The translations under genes were made by a program, and so were the position numbers. A stretch of DNA of 64,000 nt from NCBI GenBank assembly GCA_013150955.1, contig JAADJD010000015.1:362-64361 (forward strand), given 5' to 3'. This DNA comes from Calditrichota bacterium (GTDB taxonomy: Bacteria > Calditrichota > Calditrichia > RBG-13-44-9 > J042). Shown here piece by piece: positions 46,768 to 55,524 of this stretch; position 1 is the first letter of the stretch, and each line of letters starts with the position of its first letter. The notes beneath the pieces are model-generated. The model saw only the letters and a list, made by a program, of their open reading frames with translations, was not told the origin of the DNA and made no database searches.

Positions 46768-48536
46768 GGATTCCAATCCGCTTGTTGGTTCATGATTTTT
46801 TGGATGATCGATAATCCAGAACCGGTTGCCCCGGATTCCGAATGATCTCCGGAAAGGAAGCGCATTTTCCACATCCAGGCTTTCGGCTGCTCGAACTGAC
46901 GAATCCAGTCTTGATCGGGCTGATAATGATTGTCTCGTTTCCAGCGTCCATCCGTCTGGATGTGCAGCGGGGAGTGTTTGCGAATGTATTCGATCACCGC
47001 TTCCCTTAGCAGTATCCCCGTGTATGCCACCTCTTCCGGCGGGACGGTCTTGAGCAATGTCAATCCGGAATTCCCTTCCATTAAATAATCAGTGGTGGCC
47101 ACCCGGTACGTCCGTTTGGGTTCCAGCGGCTTTCCGCCAATTTCCATGTAAACCACCCGTTGACCGTCAGGACGCTGGCGATTGAAAATGACTTTTCCAC
47201 CGGAAATGGCCAGTCCTCTCCCCCCGCCTTTAAGTTTCTGCTCCAGAATATCCTTGATGAATTTCCCGGTTGCATGGAAGGTAACAATTTGATTGCCAAA
47301 CGGCAGAACACGGAAGACATCCGCACGGGTGATGGGGCCTTTTTTCAGGTCGGCTCGAATGCCTCCAAAATTGGTGAACGCGAAATCGGCGTTGACCTGC
47401 AACCGCATGGCATCGGTGATCAGATTGTTCAATGGCGATTCCCCAATGCTGGATCGGGTCAGGGTGGTGCGTGCTTCGCCAATGACTTCTTCAAAACCCT
47501 TTTCGTAAATGGCCTGCTGCTGTTTGATGAAACGATAGATTACACTATCGGGCCAGAATTCGTCTTCCTGCAACAGCAACAGGGTGCTGGCATCTGCGGG
47601 ATAGTCAAAGGTGTAAATCGTGCGGGTGGTCATTTCCACATACAGATTGATCCATCCCAGATTGCTCATGTTCCCGTAATTCTGGATGCAGATGGTGTGA
47701 TTTACCGGATCAACCCAGGGTTCGGCATACCCACGGTGCAGATGTCCGCCCAACAGTAAATCAATACCCTTTACAAAATGAGCCACTTCCATGGCATTGA
47801 CGTAGTGCTTTTTCAACACACTTTCCAGAGTGGTTTGTTTTAATTGAAGATACCCCTGGCGGGGGTCGTATGGCAATCCCAGATGAACCAGCGCAATAAC
47901 CAGATCGGCCCCATTTTCCCGGAGTTGATCCACGGCCTTTTGCAGGGAGGGAATCTCGGGGCGGAATTCCAATCCCTTGATGTTTTCCGGGAAACTCATG
48001 TAACGGGTTCCCACGGTGGTTGCACCGGTAATGCCGATTTTTAACCCATTGCGTTCGATGATGATCCAGGGTTTAACCCATTTCCAGGGGGTGCCCGTTT
48101 CCGTATCGAAGATGTTACAGGATACCCATGCGAATTGCGAGGCTTTGATCAGTTCAATTAAATTGTCTTTTCCCAGGTCAAAATCGTGGTTGCCGGGGAC
48201 ACAGGCATCGTAACCCACGCGATTCATATACTCCACAACGGCTTTCCCTTTGGAAAGCGTGCCCACCAGGGTACCCTGGAAAATGTCGCCCGCATCGATG
48301 GTGATGACCGAAAACCCCTGCTCCCTGGCCTGGGCTTTCACCTTTTTGATGATCGCTGCTGCAGAGGCTCCACCTCCCAGCACCGGTGGAAATTCCGGGT
48401 TGAGAAATTCCGCCTTTTTTTCAACGATGCCACCGTGAATGTCGTTGGTAAAAAACACCGTGATGCGATGGAGTTGCGGTGACCGGGCCAGAAGCAGCGG
48501 CCCAAAAAGTAGAATGAACAGGAAGGTGCGTGTCAT
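46764..48536 (-). CDS. Bifunctional metallophosphatase / 5'-nucleotidase (UshA-like)
   Basis: Signal peptide MTRTFLFILLFGPLLLA. Motifs NDIHG, DAGD, GNHDFD, GGH. C-terminal 5'-nucleotidase domain (FGGIRA). Start ATG 48536 chosen; the ORF-track extension crosses the direct repeat. Confidence 0.85.
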   Translation of the reverse strand: MTRTFLFILLFGPLLLARSPQLHRITVFFTNDIHGGIVEKKAEFLNPEFPPVLGGGASAAAIIKKVKAQAREQGFSVITIDAGDIFQGTLVGTLSKGKAVVEYMNRVGYDACVPGNHDFDLGKDNLIELIKASQFAWVSCNIFDTETGTPWKWVKPWIIIERNGLKIGITGATTVGTRYMSFPENIKGLEFRPEIPSLQKAVDQLRENGADLVIALVHLGLPYDPRQGYLQLKQTTLESVLKKHYVNAMEVAHFVKGIDLLLGGHLHRGYAEPWVDPVNHTICIQNYGNMSNLGWINLYVEMTTRTIYTFDYPADASTLLLLQEDEFWPDSVIYRFIKQQQAIYEKGFEEVIGEARTTLTRSSIGESPLNNLITDAMRLQVNADFAFTNFGGIRADLKKGPITRADVFRVLPFGNQIVTFHATGKFIKDILEQKLKGGGRGLAISGGKVIFNRQRPDGQRVVYMEIGGKPLEPKRTYRVATTDYLMEGNSGLTLLKTVPPEEVAYTGILLREAVIEYIRKHSPLHIQTDGRWKRDNHYQPDQDWIRQFEQPKAWMWKMRFLSGDHSESGATGSGLSIIQKIMNQQADWNP

Positions 48537-48629
48537 GAATCGCTCCCAAATCTTTCGGAAAAATATACCTGTTGGGAGTGAGTGAATCAAGATTTTTACA
48601 GATTGGATTAGTGCCCGAATCTCTGACAC

Positions 48630-48811
48630 CGATATCCCCTGCACTGCGGTGGGCTGGATTTTATCGAGCATCCGGGATCTACCCTTACCTTTAATAGATT
48701 GGATTGCTTCACCACCACTCATACCAGCTGTTTACTGCCCACTGCCAACTGCTTACTGCTTACTGTCAACTGCTTACTGCTTACTGCCAACTGCTCACTG
48801 CACACTGTTTT
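48630..48811 (+). repeat. Direct repeat copy A (98-bp unique part + 12 CTGYNNA heptads)
   Basis: 48630-48727 matches 50391-50488 with 3 mismatches by eye. 48728-48811 = CTGTTTA CTGCCCA CTGCCAA CTGCTTA CTGCTTA CTGTCAA CTGCTTA CTGCTTA CTGCCAA CTGCTCA CTGCACA CTGTTTT. Confidence 0.9.
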
Positions 48812-48864
48812 TTAAGAGTGCAATTGTGAATTCAGGAAGAAAAAAATCTTCCCAGAAAATATTC

Positions 48865-48899
48865 CTTGCAAATTTAAATCCTTTCTTTAAATTTGCAAG
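48865..48899 (+). promoter_or_regulatory. Perfect 14-bp inverted repeat abutting the ATPase start codon
   Basis: CTTGCAAATTTAAA-tcctttc-TTTAAATTTGCAAG, ending 1 nt before ATG 48901. Confidence 0.5.
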
Positions 48900-48900
48900 C

Positions 48901-50085
48901 ATGATTAGGCGCACGTTGGAAAATCGGGTTGTTGAATCTCTGCAACGATTTCCGATTGTGGGGATCATCGGGGCGCGACAGGTAGGGAAGACCACACTGG
49001 CTAAAAAGCTGCAGACCAGAGTGCCCAGAAGCATTTATCTGGATCTGGAACTCCCATCGGATTTGATCAAATTACAGGAACCTGAACTTTATCTGAGACA
49101 ACACGCTGATAAATTGGTTATCCTGGATGAAATTCAAAGAATGCCTGAGCTTTTTTCTTTATTACGTTCATTGGTAGATCAGGATAGACGTCCAGGCCGT
49201 TTTTTGCTCCTGGGTTCTTCGTCTCCGAAAGTGATAAAGGACGCCGCTGAAAGCCTGGCCGGACGCATTGTTTATCACGAACTATCCCCTTTTCTACTGG
49301 AGGAGATTGCCAGTGGCGAACCTCAAAAAGACTTTCAAAAATTGTGGCTGCGGGGCGGTTTTCCGGAAAGTTTTTTATCCCCCGATGAAACTACCAGTTT
49401 TCAATGGCGAGAGGCATTTATCCGTTCCTTCTTGGAGCGGGATTTACCTCTAATGGGAATCCGGATTCCGCCTTTGCGCATTCATCGTTTCTGGACTATG
49501 TTAGCCCACTATCACGGGCAACTTTTTAATGCATCTCAACTTTCGAATGCCCTGGATCTGTCATCCGTAACCGTAAAGAATTATCTGGAAATTTTGCATC
49601 AAGCGTTCATCGTTCGGGTGTTGTTGCCATTTCATGCTAATGTAAAAAAGCGGTTGGTAAAAACACCGAAAATGTATTTTCGGGATACGGGTTTACTCCA
49701 TTCATTATTAAATATCCGATCTTTTGAAGAATTACAATCCCACCCAATTGTAGGACACTCGTTTGAGGGTTTTGTTTTGGAACAGGTGATTCACAGCATA
49801 CCAGATTTTTTTGATGCTTTTTTTTACAGAACCGCGGCAGGAGCCGAGCTGGATTTGCTCCTGATTATGGGGAATCGGTGTCGGGTCGGGATAGAAGTAA
49901 AATATTCGCTGGCGCCCAGGATGAGCAAAAGTTTTCGGAATGCATTTGAGGACGTCCAGGTAAAATTGGGCCTTGTGGTTTACCCGGGGGAAGAAATATT
50001 CCCACTCGACAATGCGGTTTTTGCGTATCCAGTAACCCGATTGCCCCATCTCGTTGATTTTTTTCATGAACAAGGGGTGTTGTAA
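48901..50085 (+). CDS. AAA-family ATPase with DUF4143-like C-terminus (COG1373-type ATP-binding protein)
   Basis: 394 aa with Walker [10 protein letters not shown] and Walker B LVILDEIQ. The C-terminal half resembles DUF4143 proteins. ATG 48901 chosen; the ORF-track extension translates the heptad repeats. Confidence 0.75.
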   Translation: MIRRTLENRVVESLQRFPIVGIIGARQVGKTTLAKKLQTRVPRSIYLDLELPSDLIKLQEPELYLRQHADKLVILDEIQRMPELFSLLRSLVDQDRRPGRFLLLGSSSPKVIKDAAESLAGRIVYHELSPFLLEEIASGEPQKDFQKLWLRGGFPESFLSPDETTSFQWREAFIRSFLERDLPLMGIRIPPLRIHRFWTMLAHYHGQLFNASQLSNALDLSSVTVKNYLEILHQAFIVRVLLPFHANVKKRLVKTPKMYFRDTGLLHSLLNIRSFEELQSHPIVGHSFEGFVLEQVIHSIPDFFDAFFYRTAAGAELDLLLIMGNRCRVGIEVKYSLAPRMSKSFRNAFEDVQVKLGLVVYPGEEIFPLDNAVFAYPVTRLPHLVDFFHEQGVL

Positions 50086-50171
50086 CCGGACGCTTCAGAG
50101 TCGATCAACCCGCAAAGTGGGGCCTGTTTTCATCATCGGGGTTTTATTCAGTGCCAGAAAGGCGCAGGCAT

Positions 50172-50339
50172 AAACCTAAATAATGCACTAAACCGCGAAT
50201 CACGCAAATGAAACCGAAAAATATCTACAAAATCGCAAATAAACCCTGGAACACATTTTCACACAGACACAATCCAGTGTATTTTATTAGCTTTATTTGT
50301 GTGAATTCGTGTAATTCGTAGGCTATTGCATAATCTGGG
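50172..50339 (-). repeat. MITE-like element, locus 10 (single copy, reverse orientation)
   Basis: AAACCTAAATAATGCACTAAACCGCGAATCACGCAAATGAAACC ... ATTCGTGTAATTCGTAGGCTATTGCATAATCTGGG. Confidence 0.9.
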
Positions 50340-50390
50340 ATAAAAGATATACTTCCCCATCAACTGGATTTTTACCAAACTCCCCGACTT

Positions 50391-50537
50391 CGATATCCCC
50401 TACACCGCGGTGGGCTGGATTTTATCGAGCATCCGGGATCTATCCTTACCTTTAATAGATTGGATTGCTTCACCACCACTCATACCAGCTGTTTACTGCC
50501 CACTGCCAACTGCCAACTGCATACTGCCCACTGCAAA
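50391..50537 (+). repeat. Direct repeat copy B (98-bp unique part + 7 CTGYNNA heptads)
   Basis: 50489-50537 = CTGTTTA CTGCCCA CTGCCAA CTGCCAA CTGCATA CTGCCCA CTGCAAA. The upstream 98 bp is near-identical to copy A. Confidence 0.9.
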
Positions 50538-50651
50538 ACCACCAGGTTGTTTAATAAATAGTTTATGATTAATTTTTCAAGAAACATGTCTGCCAGATTT
50601 CCGTGATATGAAGAAATGCGCTCTGTAAATAAAAAGGCGTGGAGGGCTTTT

Positions 50652-51200
50652 ATGGACAATCGAGCCAAATCTTTTATCTGGGGTGTGCTATTCCTTTTAG
50701 CAGGCATTTTATTTTTATTGCGGAACCTTGACATCATTTACTTTGACATGGAGGATACCTGGCCGGTGTTTTTACTGATTCCCGGGATCCTGTTCTGGTA
50801 TTTCTGGTACATCGATCGCTCGAATTATCGCTTGCTGATGCCGGGCACCATCCTGATCGTTTACGCCCTTTATTTCTTCTTTGAACAACAGATTATGTAC
50901 CGCATGGTGGATCGGTTGTGGCCTGTCTTTATTCTGGGACCCGGCCTGGGTTTCTGGGCCATGTATTTTCTGGGTTCCCGTCAAACGCGTTATTTTCGTA
51001 GCGGCGCCATTCTGGTGGGTTTCAGCGTATTGTTTTTCATTTTGTCTCTGGATGAGCGATTTTTCCTCCCGCTGTTATTGATTGGCATAGGGGTTTATTT
51101 AATGATGCGCGAAAAGTCAGGAAAGTCAACCGCGTCGGAAGGGCCGGTTACACCAACCGGGAATCCACCGGCATCGACGCATCCGAAAGGAGACGAGTAA
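50652..51200 (+). CDS. Integral membrane protein (LiaF/DUF5668-like TM repeats), unknown function
   Basis: 182 aa from ATG 50652 (GGAGGG RBS). About 6 hydrophobic segments, then a Pro/Thr-rich tail. Confidence 0.6.
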   Translation: MDNRAKSFIWGVLFLLAGILFLLRNLDIIYFDMEDTWPVFLLIPGILFWYFWYIDRSNYRLLMPGTILIVYALYFFFEQQIMYRMVDRLWPVFILGPGLGFWAMYFLGSRQTRYFRSGAILVGFSVLFFILSLDERFFLPLLLIGIGVYLMMREKSGKSTASEGPVTPTGNPPASTHPKGDE

Positions 51201-51320
51201 TTTGTCGGTGCCGATGGCAACGACGGGTTCCGGTGGAAATTGGCGATGGGGTTCATTCCACCGGGAACCTGCCTCTTGCCCTGAAACGCCGTCGGCAAAA
51301 CTGGCATGGAAAAATGATTT

Positions 51321-51671
51321 ATCCCAAATAATGCGTTACACCACGAATCGCGCGAATGAATTCGAAAAAAATCAACCCAAATAAAGCGTTAAACCACGAA
51401 TCACACGAATGAAACCAAAAAATATCTACAAAATCGCGAATAAACCCTTGAACACATTTTCATCCAGACACAATTCAATGTATTTTATTGGTTTTATTTG
51501 TGTTAATTCGTGTCATTCGTAGGCTATTGCTTAATCTGGGCGTAGGCTATTGCTTAATCTGGGATCAACAAAATAGTGAATATATCCAGGAAAACATTTT
51601 CATTCAGATATCATCCAGTGTATTTTTATTGGTGATTATTCGTGTCATTCGTAGGCGAATGCATAATCTGG
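51321..51671 (-). repeat. MITE-like element, locus 11 (reverse orientation; 2 right-type arms, full copy, 23-bp tandem duplication, extra partial copy)
   Basis: Arms at 51321- and 51373-. CGTAGGCTATTGCTTAATCTGGG duplicated in tandem (51518-51540, 51541-51563). Second core+arm at 51580-51671. Confidence 0.9.
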
Positions 51672-51717
51672 TATTAATGAAAAACAGGGAAAAGGCCAAC
51701 AGAGGAACCATATGCGG

Positions 51718-52347
51718 ATGATCTATTTACATGGTTTTGCTTCCGGTCCCGGCTCCACGAAAGGCCAGTATTTCCTGGAGCGGTTGGCAGCCGCTGGCAT
51801 TCAGCTGGAGATCCCCGATCTCACCGGCGGCGATTTTGAGCACACCACCATCACCCGCCAGCTGGATGCTGTCCAGCAGCTGCTGCAGTCGTGTGAAGAA
51901 GACGTCTGTTTAATCGGTTCCAGTCTGGGAGGCTGGTTAGCCACCCTGATTGCCGAAGAATTCTCCTGTGTGACGCGCATGGTTTTAATAGCCCCGGCAT
52001 TTCGTTTCGTCAGCCGACAGTCCCGCATTTTTGGAGAGGCCGCATTGGCAGAATGGAAGCGTCGCGGGTATTTGCCCGTGTATCACTATGGGACCCGCTC
52101 CACCCGACAATTACATTACCATTTTCTGGAAGATGCCCGGAAATATGAATCGATCGTTCCTCGCCGCAACATCCCCACCCTGGTTTTTCACGGCATTTAT
52201 GATGAATCGGTACCCTATTCGCTTAGCGTTGATTATCTGAAAACCAATCCACAGGCCCGGATCGTGCTGCTGGCATCCGACCACGGGATGACCGATCAGC
52301 TGGAGGTGATGTGGGAGATGATGGTCGCTTTTCTGAACCTTCGATAA
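51718..52347 (+). CDS. YqiA-like alpha/beta hydrolase (esterase)
   Basis: MIYLHGFASGPGSTKG N-terminus and nucleophile elbow GSSLGG; about 209 aa. The start could also be ATG 51712. Confidence 0.75.
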   Translation: MIYLHGFASGPGSTKGQYFLERLAAAGIQLEIPDLTGGDFEHTTITRQLDAVQQLLQSCEEDVCLIGSSLGGWLATLIAEEFSCVTRMVLIAPAFRFVSRQSRIFGEAALAEWKRRGYLPVYHYGTRSTRQLHYHFLEDARKYESIVPRRNIPTLVFHGIYDESVPYSLSVDYLKTNPQARIVLLASDHGMTDQLEVMWEMMVAFLNLR

Positions 52348-52408
52348 TCCCAGAAAATGCATTTAACCGCGAATCCCGCGAATGAACCCCGAAACGAATT
52401 TTCATCCA
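52346..52408 (-). repeat. MITE-like element, locus 12 (partial: one arm + part of core)
   Basis: AATCCCAGAAAATGCATTTAACCGCGAATCCCGCGAATGAACC..AATTTTCATCC. Begins within the esterase TAA stop. Confidence 0.75.
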
Positions 52409-52451
52409 TTATAATCCCTGTGAGCGTCCAGGCCTTTGTTTCAAACCCACT

Positions 52452-54428
52452 TCATCGCGCATTGCGAATGGCATCCACCGAAGACGGATCTTCCAGGCTG
52501 CTTAAATCGCCGGGATCCTTCCCCAGGTACGCCGCCCGAATTACCCGATGCATGACCTTGGCATTCCGGGTTTTGGGCAATGCGGCGGCAAATTTAATCT
52601 CCTTTGGTTTTAACGGCTTTCCCAGCTCTTTGACGATGCGTTCCATCAGTTCCGTTCGCAGCGTTTCCGAAGGGGATTGTCCCGGTTTAAGGACGCAAAA
52701 GACCACCACTTCTTCACCCTTCACCTCGTGGGGGACGCCGATGGCAGCCGATTCTGCCACCGCTGGATGCGCGTTGACGATGGATTCAATTTCTGCCGGA
52801 CCCAACCGTTTGCCGGCAACCTTGATCGTATCATCGCTGCGGCCCAGAATGTACCACAGGCCATCTTCATCAATGGCTGCAAAGTCCCCATGGACCCAGA
52901 CATTCTCAAACCGGCTCCAGTAAGTATCCAGATAGCGTTGCCGGTCCTTCCAGAATCCACGGGTCATGCCAATCCAGGGTTGCCGAATTACCAGTTCTCC
53001 AACGGCTTCGCGGATTGGCCGACCGGTTTCATCCAACACATCAGCATCCATACCCACTACCGGACCAGAAAATGCACAGGGTTTTAGCGGCTTGAAAAAG
53101 TTGCCGCACAAAATGCCACCACTGATTTCGGTGCCACCGGAATAGTTAATGATGGGCTTTTCCCGATTCAGCACGTGCTCGAATGTCCACATCCAGGACT
53201 CTGGATCCCAGGGGCTCCCGGTGGAACCGATCATGCGCAGGCAGGACAAATTGTGTTTGCGGATGGGTTCCGTGCCGTGAGGCTTCAGGGCGCGGATCAG
53301 GGTTGGGGTAATGCCCAGGTGAGTGACCCGGTGCCGTTCCACCAGATCCCACAGTCGATCCACCCCGGGATAATCCGGTGCGCCATCGAAAAACAGCATG
53401 GAAGCACCGATGAGCAGACTCCCAAACACTTCCCAGGGCCCCATCATCCAGCCCATGTCGGTAAACCAGAACATGGTTTCGCCCGGCTTCAGGTCCATGG
53501 GATGATACATGTCCTGCGCCGATTTAATTGGAAATCCACAATGGGTGTGAACCGCTCCTTTGGGTTTACCGGTAGTCCCGCTGGTGTAGATGATCATTAA
53601 AATGTCTTCAGCGTCCGTGATTTCGGTTTCTGCTTCCGGCGATTGATCGGCAATAAAATCATCCCACCAGATATCGCGCTCCGGTTGCCAGGGAACGTCT
53701 GGAAGGCCCACCCGATTGACCACAATCACCTTTTGTACGGAGGGGACCTGTGCTAAGGCGTCATCGGCGTTGGGCTTCATGGGAACTTTCTTCCCCCGGC
53801 GGAACATTCCATCTGCCGTGAAAAGTGCCTTTGTGTTCCCATCGGCCAGTCGCGTGGCAATGGCAGTTGGACCGTAGCCACTGAATAACGGCAGGATGAT
53901 GCCGCCCACTTTGATGATGGCCAGAAACGCGATGGCCAGCTCAGGAATCATGGGCATGTAAAGGCCCACGGCATCGCCCTTACCAATGCCGGCTGCCCGA
54001 AGCGCATTGGCCACCCGATTGACTGCCGCGTGCAGCTCTCCGTACGTCAAGTTGCGAATGATCCCTTCTTCCCCTTCCCATTTCAGCGCAATGCGGTCGC
54101 GCACAGCGGTCTGCTGCCACTTGTCCAGGCAGTTGTGAATGATGTTCATTTTCCCGCCAACACACCAGCGCGGGAATGGAATCCCCTGGCTCAAATCCAC
54201 AATCTTTTCATACGGCTGGTAAAATTGAATATCCAGGTCTTTCAGCACCGCATCCCAGAACCAGGCTATGTCCTGAATCGAACGCCGGTACAACGTGTCG
54301 TAGTCCGGGATCTGGTGCCGTTCCATGAACCGCTGCAAATTGCTTTCTTTTATCCACTGGGGATTGGGTTGCCAGACAATGGATTGCCCGAAAGGAAAAT
54401 TTTCCGAATTGGATTGGGAAGAACGCAT
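52452..54428 (-). CDS. AMP-forming acyl-CoA synthetase (acetate/propionate/acetoacetate-CoA ligase family)
   Basis: 658 aa with AMP-binding motif YTSGTTGKPKG and ACS-like core and C-terminal domain (..DTIKVAGKRLGPAEIE..). Confidence 0.85.
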   Translation of the reverse strand: MRSSQSNSENFPFGQSIVWQPNPQWIKESNLQRFMERHQIPDYDTLYRRSIQDIAWFWDAVLKDLDIQFYQPYEKIVDLSQGIPFPRWCVGGKMNIIHNCLDKWQQTAVRDRIALKWEGEEGIIRNLTYGELHAAVNRVANALRAAGIGKGDAVGLYMPMIPELAIAFLAIIKVGGIILPLFSGYGPTAIATRLADGNTKALFTADGMFRRGKKVPMKPNADDALAQVPSVQKVIVVNRVGLPDVPWQPERDIWWDDFIADQSPEAETEITDAEDILMIIYTSGTTGKPKGAVHTHCGFPIKSAQDMYHPMDLKPGETMFWFTDMGWMMGPWEVFGSLLIGASMLFFDGAPDYPGVDRLWDLVERHRVTHLGITPTLIRALKPHGTEPIRKHNLSCLRMIGSTGSPWDPESWMWTFEHVLNREKPIINYSGGTEISGGILCGNFFKPLKPCAFSGPVVGMDADVLDETGRPIREAVGELVIRQPWIGMTRGFWKDRQRYLDTYWSRFENVWVHGDFAAIDEDGLWYILGRSDDTIKVAGKRLGPAEIESIVNAHPAVAESAAIGVPHEVKGEEVVVFCVLKPGQSPSETLRTELMERIVKELGKPLKPKEIKFAAALPKTRNAKVMHRVIRAAYLGKDPGDLSSLEDPSSVDAIRNAR

Positions 54429-54594
54429 GATTGTACCCCGCTTTTGATTCGGTTGTTACCTTCCTGTTGTTTTTTCATCAAATAAATTTTAAATAAAAGC
54501 AGTGGAAATTTCCACTTTAATCTGGATTTCTGTATCAGGGGTGCAGTGGCGGGGGGACAGAAATGTTTTATTTTTGCCCGGAACGGATCCCGTT

Positions 54595-54902
54595 AAACCC
54601 GGATTTCGCAATCGCTGTGTATTACACGAGTTCACACGAGAAATAATGGGATGAAAATGGGGTCCGGTGTTTACTCACTTTTTTGTTGATATTTTTGGAA
54701 TAAGTGCTTGTGATTTACGGTTTTTCATGCTTAAATCCAAATAATGCATTAAACCGCGAATCACACGAATGAAATCACAAAATATCTATAAAATCGCGGA
54801 TAAACCATAAAACACATTTTCATTCAGATATCACCCAATGGATTTTATTATTTTTATTCGTCTTAATTCGTGTAATTCGTAGGCGATTGCATAATATGGG
54901 TT
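54595..54902. repeat. MITE-like element, locus 13 (degenerate forward copy + intact reverse copy)
   Basis: Forward diverged copy 54595-54733. Reverse copy 54734-54902 (AATCCAAATAATGCATTAAACCGCGAATCACACGAATGAAATC ... ATTCGTAGGCGATTGCATAATATGGGTT). Confidence 0.85.
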
Positions 54903-54946
54903 AAAATTGAAAACCATAAATTGAAAACCATAAGGAGGGATGATAC

Positions 54947-55300
54947 ATGGAAAAGGTGATCATCTGGCATAACCCGAGATGTCGGAAGAGTCGCGAGGGA
55001 TTGAATTATTTGAAGGAAAAGGGCATTGAGCCCGTGATTTTCGATTACCTGAAGGAAGGGATTCCGGCAGATGAACTGGCCGATCTGATCAAAAAGTCCG
55101 GTCTACCGGTGGAAGCGTTCATCCGGAGCAATGAAAAGGAGTACCGTGAATTGGGTTTAAAGGGAAAATCGCTAACGGCCGAAGAATTTGCGCGCATCGC
55201 AGCCAATCATCCCAGATTGCTTCAGCGCCCCATTGTTGTTTACGGGGATCGGGTGGTGCTGGCCAGACCCGCCAGTGAAATCGATAAGCTGTTCACCTGA
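54947..55300 (+). CDS. ArsC/Spx-family protein (arsenate reductase-like, YffB type)
   Basis: 117 aa. N-terminal IWHNPRCRKSREG motif, with GGAGGG RBS. Confidence 0.8.
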   Translation: MEKVIIWHNPRCRKSREGLNYLKEKGIEPVIFDYLKEGIPADELADLIKKSGLPVEAFIRSNEKEYRELGLKGKSLTAEEFARIAANHPRLLQRPIVVYGDRVVLARPASEIDKLFT

Positions 55301-55457
55301 TCCCAATCATGGGGTATCATTTAATCGGTGAGAAATTCGTGCGGTCAATCTGACAAAAGCTTTTGAACATCAAGAAAACGGGTACGTTCAGCCAGCATGG
55401 TTTTTCAGAACTTTTGCAAAATGAACGCTCCTGTTTGCGCATCTATTGACCCTGCTT

Positions 55458-55497
55458 AAAAATAGCGATGGGTCTGCCCATCAGAGCAGACCCATCG
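55458..55497 (-). terminator. Rho-independent terminator after the T9SS-tailed gene
   Basis: Minus strand: CGATGGGTCTGC-loop-GCAGACCCATCG followed by CTATTTTT. Confidence 0.7.
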
Positions 55498-55524
55498 TTT
55501 ACAATCGGCAATTTCTGAATGGAT

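Noticed and set aside
48649-48900. N-terminal extensions offered by the ORF track (48649 ATPase, 46872 larC, 48722 nucleotidase, 59693 DUF72, 37896 HD protein, 33983 sigma, 45640 rlmB)
   Set aside because: The extensions translate repeats (heptads, MITE-like copies) or overlap the upstream gene. Internal ATGs with an RBS, with ATGA coupling, or with canonical family N-termini (signal peptide, MKFLYIECIGGISGDM, MAELRIGTCSW) are better starts.
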